In this document: piece after piece, positions 1 to 10,000 of the stretch
Layout: every line of letters begins with the position of its first letter
How positions within the stretch are numbered: position 1 is the stretch's first letter
Assembly: GCA_963702205.1 (NCBI GenBank)
Contig: OY969724.1
Coordinates: 352,001-416,000 of the forward strand
Origin: an uncultured candidate division Zixibacteria bacterium
GTDB taxonomy: Bacteria; Zixibacteria; MSB-5A5; GN15; PGXB01
Length of the DNA: 64,000 nt
Reading direction: 5' to 3'
Notes under the pieces: model-generated
What the model was told of the DNA's origin: nothing
Databases searched by the model: none
What the model saw: the letters and a program-made list of their open reading frames with translations, nothing else
Made by a program: the position numbers and the translations under genes

Positions 1-508
1 CACCGGGTACATGGCCGGAACCATCGGCGTCGGCGGATTTGTCGGCGTCCCCGCCATGATTTATATTTTCGGCATCCCGACCGCCGTGGCGGCCGGCACC
101 GAACTATTCCTGGCAATGTTTATGGGCGCGTTCGGGGCGCTGAACTACGCCTACGAAGGCTTTGTCGATATCAGGCTGGTGGCGCTTCTGTATCTCGGAT
201 CGCTGCTCGGGATTTATATCGGCACCTATGGTACAAAAGTCGTCAAAGAAAAAGTCATTCGCATCGTCACGGGCCTGATCATCGTCCTGTGCGTTATCAG
301 CCGTATTATTGCCATTCCGATATATCTGGTGCAGCTTAAGATGATCGAATCCATCGACGAGTCTCAACTACCCATCTATAATACGGTTAGCAAATATTTC
401 CTTTATTTCAGCGGAATTAGCGGCGTGGGTGTAATATTGTACAACGTTATCAGAGCGTATATTAAAAAGAAGCGCGTGTACGCCACCATTATCGCCAAAC
501 CGGAGTGA
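1..508 (+). CDS. Sulfite exporter TauE/SafE (TSUP) family membrane protein, 5' truncated by window edge
   Basis: TSUP-type motif GTIGVGGFVGVPAMIYIFGIPTAVAAGTEL; several hydrophobic helices; the reading frame is open to the window start. Confidence 0.8.
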   Translation, partial: TGYMAGTIGVGGFVGVPAMIYIFGIPTAVAAGTELFLAMFMGAFGALNYAYEGFVDIRLVALLYLGSLLGIYIGTYGTKVVKEKVIRIVTGLIIVLCVISRIIAIPIYLVQLKMIESIDESQLPIYNTVSKYFLYFSGISGVGVILYNVIRAYIKKKRVYATIIAKPE

Positions 509-527
509 TAATTATCGGGAGAATATA

Positions 528-926
528 ATGGCCAAAAAAACGCTTGATATATGCATCATCGACGATGAAGTAGTCGTCTGTAAACGGCTCCAACAGTACC
601 TCGGTAAAAGCAATCATAACGTCGAGACATTCGTGGACAGCACGACTGCCCTTGAGCGCCTCGATGAAAAACGGTTCGATATCGTCGTCACCGATATCCG
701 CATGGACAACATCGACGGCATGGACGTACTGAATCATGTCATAAACAAGGGTGAGAACACGAAAGTCATTATGATTACGGGGTACGCCACGATCGAAATA
801 GCCCGGCAGGCACAGGCCAAGGGGGCCTTCGATTTCATTTCCAAACCTTTCCGACCGCAGGACCTTCAGGAAGTGATCGACCGAGCCGCCGAAGAACTCA
901 CAAAACATGGCGAAAAACAAGATTAA
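528..926 (+). CDS. Single-domain response regulator (REC)
   Basis: IIDDE acidic pocket, phospho-acceptor TDIRMDNIDG, ITGYA, FISKPF; GGGAG RBS upstream. Confidence 0.92.
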   Translation: MAKKTLDICIIDDEVVVCKRLQQYLGKSNHNVETFVDSTTALERLDEKRFDIVVTDIRMDNIDGMDVLNHVINKGENTKVIMITGYATIEIARQAQAKGAFDFISKPFRPQDLQEVIDRAAEELTKHGEKQD

Positions 927-2496
927 GAACTCTTCTCTGTTCGACATCCTGCAGGATGATCCGGACCAAACCGGCGGTCTCTCACGTTACGACATCGAAG
1001 AAAACAAAATCAGGCAGGCCCTGCTGGAACGCCCCGGCTTTTCGGTCAAGGCCCGTCTGACGCTTTTATTCATAATCCTTTTTCTCGTCAGTGCGGCGGT
1101 TTCGGTGGCGGCCATGTTCATGCTGTCCATGATCGATTATCGCGTGCAGTACATTTCCCTCACCGATAAAATCGCCAACGAAATTCAGCACGCCCGAAGA
1201 ATCGAAAAGAACTATTTCCTGTACAATTCCGACTTGTCCGAGATAAAAGAACATATCGCCAATGCCAACGGCCTGCTGGAACAGGCTTCCCGTGAACTCG
1301 GGCACGTCGTCGGCCAGAAGGAAATAAGTGACATCCGAGCCGACATCGACAACTATGGCCGTCTTGCGGACGAGCTGTCGGCCAAAATCGACGACCCTTC
1401 CTATAAAGAGACCGATGACTTCAAAACGACCGCGGCGGAACTGAGAACGTACGGTTCGAAGGTCCTGGAGTTGTCTTTGGATATTTCCAAAAAAGAAAGA
1501 CAGCGGATTTCGGCGACGGTGACCATGGCCAAGAGAATTCATATCGCCCTGGTTATAGTCCTGCTGGCGCTCTCGATATTTATTATCACCAATATCAGCC
1601 GTCATATCATCGGCCGTCTGAACCGCCTGACCGAAGCCACCCAGCGGTTCGCGTCCGGCGATTTCACGCCCATCACGCCCAAAAGAAAATACAAAGATGA
1701 GTTTTCACTTCTGGTCATCGCATTCAATCACATGATGTACGAGCTGGAGAAACGGCAGAATCTCCTCGTCGAATCCCACAAGCTGCGGGCAATCGGCAAC
1801 CTTACGGCGGGCGTGGCCCACGAGTTGAATAATCCTCTCAACAACATCATTCTGACATCGGAAATGCTCAAGGAAGATTATAAAACTTACTCGGATGAAG
1901 AAATCGCCGATATGCTCAACGACCTGGTCATACAGGGTGAACGCGCCCGGCAGGTGGTCAAGAATCTCCTCGATTTCGCCCGCGAAAGCGAAACGCACGC
2001 GGAGTATTTTCATATCGATGAATTGATCGACAAAGCGGTGCGGCTGGTTAAAAACCAGATCAAACTAAGCAAAGTAAAATTAGTCGCCGACGTCGGGAAG
2101 AATTTTCCGCCCATCTACGGTGACCAAAAACTCCTGATACAGGTCTTTCTAAACCTGTTTATCAATGCGGTCGACGCCATGCCCGAAGGCGGGACTTTGA
2201 CGGTTGGTGTCGAGGAGGAAAAAAAGACCGGCTTTTTGGCGGTGCATGTGACCGACACCGGCGTGGGCATCCCGGAACATTTGAAAAACTCCATTTTCAA
2301 TCCGTTTTTTACGACCAAGCCGACCGGCGGCGGCACCGGGTTGGGCCTGTCCGTATCGAAGGGTATCATCGAAAAGCACGGTGGTTCGATCGAGGTCGAA
2401 AGTAAAATCGGACAGGGATCGACGTTCAACGTCTATCTGCCGATAATACCGATACCGGCAGATATCAGCGACAAACACGAAAACGAAGCGGAATAA
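907..2496 (+). CDS. HAMP-domain sensor histidine kinase (NtrB-like HisKA + HATPase)
   Basis: Two TM helices, HAMP, H-box GVAHELNNPL, N-box NLFINAVDA, G boxes DTGVGI, FFTTK, GTGLGLS. Confidence 0.93.
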   Translation: MAKNKIKNSSLFDILQDDPDQTGGLSRYDIEENKIRQALLERPGFSVKARLTLLFIILFLVSAAVSVAAMFMLSMIDYRVQYISLTDKIANEIQHARRIEKNYFLYNSDLSEIKEHIANANGLLEQASRELGHVVGQKEISDIRADIDNYGRLADELSAKIDDPSYKETDDFKTTAAELRTYGSKVLELSLDISKKERQRISATVTMAKRIHIALVIVLLALSIFIITNISRHIIGRLNRLTEATQRFASGDFTPITPKRKYKDEFSLLVIAFNHMMYELEKRQNLLVESHKLRAIGNLTAGVAHELNNPLNNIILTSEMLKEDYKTYSDEEIADMLNDLVIQGERARQVVKNLLDFARESETHAEYFHIDELIDKAVRLVKNQIKLSKVKLVADVGKNFPPIYGDQKLLIQVFLNLFINAVDAMPEGGTLTVGVEEEKKTGFLAVHVTDTGVGIPEHLKNSIFNPFFTTKPTGGGTGLGLSVSKGIIEKHGGSIEVESKIGQGSTFNVYLPIIPIPADISDKHENEAE

Positions 2497-2512
2497 AAAT
2501 CAATCCCAATGA

Positions 2513-3325
2513 TTATTTGATCGGGTCGTTCAAATGACCGATGCGGGTGTGGCAGTTTTTGACGCCTTTGACCTGGGCGGCCGTATCGAGGATCATCCGG
2601 CTCACTTCCTTGCTTTTAACCGTCCCTCGGATAGTGACCTCACCGTCCGCGGCGCTGACCGTAATCGATTGGTCCCAGATTTTATCATCCGAGGCGATGG
2701 CGGCCTGCACTTCGCACGCCAGAGAAATATTGTTCAAGGCTCTCATTGAATCATCGGTCGTTTTGAACTCTCCACTTTCGATGGTCATGGCGATCATCTC
2801 ACAGATGGTTTCGAGAGAGATATTGCGGCCGTTGACCACAAGATCGTAAAGCGACGGATCCCGCCAGTTTTCATCATAAAGCAGTTTGACCCAACGGTCG
2901 CGGTTTTTATCGACTTCCTCGATATATTTAACCGCCTCGTCGTGGTCTTTATTCATTTCCTGCATGATGCTTTCGATACGCTCATCGCGTGGGATTTCCA
3001 GCCTGATTTTGAAAACGTGGTCGATACCGGCTAAAAACAGCGGTCCGGCATGGCCGAAATAGACGATATTGTCCTGCTTGACCGCTTCGAGCAGGGCACA
3101 TTTGATAAATATAAGCTGACGGCTGCGTCCGTGGGTAAGGCGATGCCACAGGTTCGGCGTGGTTTCGAGCTCTTCGAGCAGGTCGGCTTCCATCAGGTTG
3201 TACTTACGTCCGCATTCGGCGATAATTTCGCGGTTGATGGTTTTATAATTCAGTCTTTTGGCCAGAAGCCCGGCCAGCTCTTCGCCGCCACTTTTGACGC
3301 CCCGCGAAATGGTAATGATCGCCAT
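2513..3325 (-). CDS. Cytidylate kinase-like family protein with C-terminal BON domain
   Basis: N-terminal MAIITISRGVKSGGEELA and WRDPSLYDLVVN motifs; BON-like C-terminus ITVSAADGEVTIRGTV...AAQVKGVK; AAGGAG RBS. Confidence 0.8.
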   Translation of the reverse strand: MAIITISRGVKSGGEELAGLLAKRLNYKTINREIIAECGRKYNLMEADLLEELETTPNLWHRLTHGRSRQLIFIKCALLEAVKQDNIVYFGHAGPLFLAGIDHVFKIRLEIPRDERIESIMQEMNKDHDEAVKYIEEVDKNRDRWVKLLYDENWRDPSLYDLVVNGRNISLETICEMIAMTIESGEFKTTDDSMRALNNISLACEVQAAIASDDKIWDQSITVSAADGEVTIRGTVKSKEVSRMILDTAAQVKGVKNCHTRIGHLNDPIK

Positions 3326-3445
3326 AACACGCTCCTTGTATTGCCGTCAATATGCGCATTAATCCGGCCGGAGGTCAAGATATAATTCCAAACGTGGATA
3401 AATTTCAACCTCAAGTTATTACGACGTACACTATTCGATTTTAAT

Positions 3446-3706
3446 TTACACCGCTTCTTTGAGGCGGGTCCACCAAAGGGTGATGCTCGCCATTCCGACG
3501 ATAATCGCGGTTATACCGGGAATGTACGATCCTCCCGGGAGAGGAAACATCAATCTTGAACAGCCATACAGCAGTGCATAAACCGAAAAGCTGACTGTCA
3601 CCGCCAGATAGACACCACGCTTCAGGGTCGCTACGGGACTACCGGCGTCGAGCCCCAGTCTGGCGGCGGTCGATTTCCAAAATCCGGGCGGGCGGGTGGT
3701 TTTGTA
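3446..3706 (-). pseudogene. Orphan 3' fragment (86 aa) resembling the C-terminus of a sodium:solute symporter
   Basis: Manual translation gives YKTTRPPGFWKSTAARLG...SFSVYALLYGCSRLMF...ITLWWTRLKEAV*; no start codon before an upstream in-frame stop at 3737-3739. Confidence 0.6.
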
Positions 3707-3748
3707 GTTTGGGGTGGGGATTTGGAGGGGCCACTTTTAAACCAATCA

Positions 3749-3918
3749 GGTTGCCGTAACATACTCACTCACCCGTTGGGTGAGCTACAATAACCAGGAA
3801 AAGATGTCAGGAGCGCGCGGCTCCTGACCTACTGGTTGCAATAACATGCTCACTCACCCGTTGGGTGAGCTACAATAACCAGGAAAAGATGTCAGGAGCG
3901 CATGGCTTCTGACCTACT
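3749..3918. repeat. Two tandem 85-bp units, each with two REP-like hairpins
   Basis: Units start at 3749 and 3834; hairpins CTCACCC-GTT-GGGTGAG and GTCAGGAGC-GCGCG-GCTCCTGAC, both followed by CTAC (GTAG on the minus strand). Confidence 0.88.
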
Positions 3919-3964
3919 ATAAAACTGCCGGAAAAATAGTATGCAATAAATATATGAAACAATA

Positions 3965-3994
3965 AAAAAGCCCCCGTATTTGCGGGGGCTTTTC
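3965..3994. terminator. Intrinsic terminator (bidirectional type) downstream of the 2959-aa gene
   Basis: AAAAAGCCCCCG-TATTTG-CGGGGGCTTTT stem flanked by A and T tracts. Confidence 0.8.
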
Positions 3995-4056
3995 TGTCAG
4001 GAGCGCTCGTCGCTTTACTCTGAGTCTGCGACACGGCTCCTGTTCAACGTTATTTC

Positions 4057-4085
4057 TGTCAGGAGCGCGCGGCTCCTGACCTACT
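4057..4085. repeat. Further copy of the GTAG REP-like palindrome
   Basis: TGTCAGGAGCGCGCGGCTCCTGACCTACT, identical to the copy at ~3805-3833; an interrupted copy lies at ~3995-4045. Confidence 0.8.
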
Positions 4086-4097
4086 AAAAAACAATCC

Positions 4098-7000
4098 TTA
4101 CTGACAGGCCTGCGCTGTTGCTTTGGCGTTCGTTGTTTGCGTTGTCGTAGTGGTCGATTGCGCTGCCGATGCCTCTATCACAATCGGAGTGGTCGGCGTT
4201 ACGACTTCCTCTCGAACAGGCAAATGACAGTTCCCGAGCCACTGGCCGCACGTGCACAATGGATCACCTTCGTTATAGACGTTGTCAATCAATGTAAGAA
4301 TATCCAGAAGGTTTATCTCGCAGTCGCAGTTAGCGTCACCCGAACACAGTTCGTACGGAACCGGGTCGGGACCATCCTGATAAACGCTGGCGATCAGGTA
4401 CAATATGTCGAGCAGGTTCAAGGCCGATTCACCGTCGGCGTTGCCTGGCGTACAGTCGCAACTGGCTCCGCAGGAGACGTTCGGATAACGGTCGATTGTA
4501 CCGGCCGTGCCGATAATCGGGTACGGATCACCGAGAGCCCCGGCGAAATCGCTCCAGCAGTTGCCCTCGGATACTCCGTCGTCCCAGTACCCGCCGGAAG
4601 CGTCATCTTCGGCGTTGAGATTGTTCTCGAACGTATTATGATAAATGGTCAGATCATACGTTCCATTCGTCGACGTGCCATAATCCTTAACCGACAAACC
4701 CTTGATGTTATCGACAAAGAAATTGTCGGTCATCTGGGTCGTAATGGCACCGTTGCCGTTGGTATAGATCAGACCACCGTAATCACCGTCGTTGGTGAAC
4801 TGGTTACCGCTCATGTTGACCGTAACCGACGATCCGGCATCGGCGCCTTCATCGACAACTACGAACCCACCGCTGGTTTCCGAACCGGTGGTCATGTTAT
4901 CGTGAATGTCGTTGCCGGTAACATTGGCCACCAGATCGACGTTGCCGGTGTACCCCGCGAACGAGTTACCGATATAGATGCCGTACTGGCAGTCATAGAT
5001 TTCGTTCTGGTCGACGGTTACCGTCTTGGTCAGAGGACCCTGACCCATCGTGAACGAATTTTCGATATAAATGGCCGCCGAGTTGGATTTATCGGTCAGC
5101 GCCCAGGTATTGAAACCGTGGAAGGCATTGCTCCTGATTTCACCGGTCGAAGCCGAGCCGATTTCCAGGCCATAGCCGAAATCGGCGATGGTCTTGCTGA
5201 ACGTGTTGCCGGTGATATCGACATCGACCCAATCGTGCGTCACTATCGCAATTCGACCGGAATTGATGAACTCATTGTTTATAAAATTGAGATGAACGCG
5301 GTTGGCGTTGCTGTATTCGGGCTCGACGGCGCGCGCGTAAATCATCATTTCATAATATCCGCCGGAAGCGTCGGGGACGTTCATGTTGAGCAGATTGCTC
5401 TCACTAAGTTCACCCGATGAATTCCAGTACAGGAACCCGAACGTATTGTTGGCTTTGATATCGTTGTAATTGAAGTTCATGCCCTGGAACGTGATATCGG
5501 TTGAATTGACGATTCTCATCGCGGTCTGACGCGAAGTGCCGTACGAGGCCACGTTCCAGCCGATTGTCGTCGATGGCTTGTAGAAAGTACTGTTACGTCC
5601 GCCGCCGATGAATGTCAGACCGGAGCGGCCATCAATGTTCACCGGCCTGGTGTACACCTCCGTTGAAACGTGCACATTGTCGCCGTCGCCGGCGAAATCG
5701 ACGCCTTCCTGAATACGCGAGTTGTTGGAATTATTAAGATACCAGTTCCACGGCGAGGAGTGACTGCTGCCGACATAATTGGCACCCCACCACGGGGAAT
5801 AGTCGACGTTGGTCGTGATAGCATCTCCGGTTCCGGGCGCTTCACTGGCCGAAGCATTATCGCCTTCGGACGGTTCGGTCGCCGAAATCGTACGTCCGGC
5901 AGCCCGCGCAGCTTCCGGTCCATCAATGGCGTTCGATGCCATCGGTCTGCTAATGGTTTCGTGCGTCGTGCCGGATTTGGTACTGATACTCGGTCCCGAA
6001 ATATCACCCCACCAGTTTCCGGCCGCATCCAGAAGGCCCGTAATCAGGTTTTCCACGGCCAGAGCATTGCCGGTGAAGTTGTTGAAGTTGATATGTACGT
6101 TGGCCGGTTCCATGCCGCCGTACTCATCGACGTACGCAGCGACCCCGGTATTCGCGACAAAATCGTTGCCGGTGACACTGATATTCGATGAAGTGCCGTC
6201 GCACAGGAAGGCATAATCGTTGCCGTTGAAGTTATTGTCGGACACGGTCACGCCGGAGGCGTCGGCCACGTAGACGGCCATATCGTTCGAAGTAAACTGA
6301 TTGCCGTCAACCGTAACGCCATTGCCGCCGTACACCATCATAAATTCATTGTTGTCGAAGACATTATTGTCGTCGACAACGGCATTGATGCAGTACGTCA
6401 GATACACCATAGCTTCGCAGTCGTGGACGTTATTGCCTTGCACCACGACCCCGCTTCCGGGGGAATAGATATTGATGGCCGAAGCCGCCCAGGTATCCGG
6501 AATGTACTTGATAGCGGAGACTTCATTTCCGTAAATGGTACCGACCGCTCCGTAACTAATCTGTATTCCGTTCTGAGCCCAGCTTCCGTCGGGCAGCGGA
6601 CCTTCGCCGGTAACGATATTATCGTGAACCTGAGCCGTCGGATCGGGCAGAGTGGCGTCGTCGCCCATAATGCCGATCCCGCCGCGAGTCCAGTCATCGA
6701 CCGTGTTGCCGGAAACATCTACGCTTGAGTTGCCATATACCAGAATGCCGAATGTCTGCGGATTGCCGGAGGCGTACAGAAGCTCGCGGTATACGTTGCC
6801 GCTTGCTTCTGAGGCTCCGTCGCAGTTGCGGATCAGGGTTCCGACAAACCGGTCGATCGTAGCCGAATTGTTACCATCGAAGGTAAGGCCGGATATGACG
6901 GCTTCTATCGTTGCAGCGCCGCTGATATTATTGCTGCCGTCGTTGGTTCCGCCGTAGGCAAAAAGCATCGGGTAGAACGTCGAACCGCTTTCCGGGATGG

Positions 7001-10000
7001 TATATCCGCTCAAACCGCCGGTCGGTGGTTCCATGGTCGCCCCGGGGGTGCCGCTGACGGTTATGTTTTTCGTCACGATAGCCTGTTCGGGGTATACACC
7101 TTCAAGGACGTGCACCGTGCCTCCGTCGCCGACGGCGTCGATGCCGCCCTGGACGGTGGCGAAGGCATCATAGCCCCAGAAATGGCCGTCGTTGACGCAG
7201 GTTTCGCAATAATTGTCGTCGACCCAGACTTCCGTCAAAGCGCACGAAAATCCGCAATACGAGAAATCCGAATTGCACCACGGGTCGAAATCGACGTTGC
7301 CGCTTATTCCGGATTGAATGTCCGGGCAAAGCAGCGCGCCCCAGTAATTATTTTGAGCGTCGGCGGACGTGGTCAAAAAGTTGAGGTAGTTGGTGCCGTT
7401 GTCGTGTATGGTATTATTATTGAAATCTATCAGCGCCGGGAAACCGTCGTACAGTGCAATACCGCTGCCGCTGTTGCCGGTTATGGTATTGCCGGTCCCG
7501 ACGATGACTTTGGGATCGTAGCCGTTATTCTCATTGCCTTCATAATACCCGTCGCCATAGTTGCTAAGGAAGACACCGTTGCCGTTATCGAGCATATCGT
7601 TGCCGGTGATATTCAATGCCCAGACGGCGTCGATCCAGAGGGCACTCATGGTCGTATTATGAACATTGTTGCCGGCAAATTCGAGCGAGCCGCCGGTGTG
7701 TGGTCGCATCGACTGAAGCAGGACCGCCGCGCCGCTCGTGTTGTATATTTCGTTGCCGCTGATCAGCAGGCCGGAGAAATCGAGCAGATCGGTCAGCGAG
7801 GCATCATATATCCCCAGTGGGTCGGATGGATCGTAGCGCTCCGACTCGGTTCCCATCGCTATCGCGAAACCGTGTGAGCCATCGCTCACATCATATATTG
7901 TGTTATCCAGAATTTGTATGTCCTGGTAACCAAAATCGACCGCGTATTCCAGCTGTGATAGGTAGGCCTGAATGCCGGAACTGACACCATGAATGGTCAG
8001 GTTCTGGACGGTTACATCGCTCGACGAAATATCGACGCCGATTCCGCTGCCCGGACTGACCTCCGCCACGCCTTTGGAACTGGACAGTCCGATGACGGAC
8101 ACCGATTTGTCAACCGCCGCGTTTTCCGCGTACAGACCTTCGTTGACATAGACCGTGCCGTCCTCGTCGACGTCGGTCACGCCTTCGGATATCCGACCGG
8201 TCGTACCGGATTGAACGCTCGCCGCTTCGACATACAGAGTTCCGTAATCGGCCATGAATCCGGGCGGGACATCCGTGCCGGTTGCCAGATACGGTGTGAA
8301 ATCGAAATCGCCGTCGACCATAGCCGTCACGGTCGCGCCGTCCACGGCTCCGAAGTAGTTATTGGAACCGTTTTGCACTGCCGCCGCGTTCGTTGCCAGA
8401 CCGTAGTCACAACCGGAGAATTTATTCTCATGGACTTCGGCCGTCACCGTACCGCCGTCTTCCCAGGTCGATACGGCCACCGTCCAGCCGCTGAAAATGC
8501 AATTATTTACGGTGTACGTGATCGGGCCCGACGCGTAGGCGTACACGCCATAGCTGTCTGTCGCGCCCGTACCGGTGAATGTACTATTGCTGATAGTGAC
8601 ATCGACCGGGGATTTTTCGGCCGATTGTACCAGTTCGGCATCGTATGCCTGCGCCGGAAGAAGCTTTTTGGAAAGCGTCCCGCTGCTCTTGGCGCCCGTG
8701 CTGAACGCAACGCTCGCGTCATAAGTCGGGTTCGTGATCATTCCGCCGTCGAAGACGCAGTCGGCATCCTGCACGTAAATGCTGGTCTGGCATTGATCGA
8801 TATTGACGCCGGTCGCGACGGCATTTCCGAACACCAGAAAGCCGCTGGCCGTCCAGGTCGCCCCGGTGTAATCGATCAAACTGATATTGCAGTTATCGAC
8901 CGTGGCCGATACCCCGGCACTTATCTGGATGCCGTTCTGGGCCGTCACCGAGGTCGGACCTTCACCGATAGTGGTAACGTTATCCAGCGATGCCGTCAGG
9001 CCCGTCCCGCCAATGGCCACCGCCGTCTTCTGGAAGTCGTCGACCACCACGTTTTCAATAGCCAGGTTGTACGGCCCGCCGGTGTTATTGTACGTGTATA
9101 TACCGACACCGTGCTGAGCACCACTGAAAGTGCTGTTCATTATATTTATGATTTTGGCGTCCGTGAACGATCCGCCGCCGTTCCAGAAACCGATACCGAC
9201 AAAACGATAGTTGGCGTCCCCCTGATTAGCACCATCGATCGTTATGCCGGAGATGGCAGCGTCGACTCCGTCGACAAAGATAACCGGGAAGTTATTGTTG
9301 GTACCGGTCGGGAATGACGCCGTCAAAGCGGCCGGTGACATTACGGTGACATCCGCCAGACCCGCCCCGAGCAAACTCAGGTCGGTCTTGGCAATATGTA
9401 CCTGTTCGGTGTATGACCCCGCCAGAATATGTACCGTGCCGGATGACGCAACCGCGTCGACACCGCCCTGTACCGTGGCAAAGCCGTTATATCCGAAATA
9501 GACTCCCCCGCCGAGATCCTGGCCCTCGGTCGAGCCGACCCAGTCGTCGTCAACCCAGACTTCGGTGACCGTGCACGTGAAGGTACAGGTCGAAAAGTCG
9601 GAATTGCACCACGGGTCGAAATCGACGTTGCCGTCGATCATGGGCTGAATATCCTGACACAGCAGAGCGCCCCAGTAATTGTTTTCGGCCATAAGCGGTC
9701 CGCCGGTCGCGGCGGCGTCTACGGAAACGCCGTACTGGTCATTGCCCGTGATCGTGTTATGGTATATCGAGCCGCCCGGTGCGGGGTATGGGCCGCCGTA
9801 CGGTGCCGAGCCACCGCCGTAAATATAGATGCCCTGGAAATTATTGGTGATGGTGTTGTCGTGCATGTCGAGCGTGCCGACATCCCAGAACTGGAAGGCT
9901 TCGCCTTCGCCCCATTCACCTTCGCTGACGTCATCGACGTCGTTGTCGTATATTTCGGCCGTCTCGGCATGGTTCACTTCCAGAGCCGACCAGTGCTGAC

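Noticed and set aside
3749..3918. CRISPR array or ncRNA
   Set aside because: Only two full-length duplicated units, and the sequences between hairpins are also repeated
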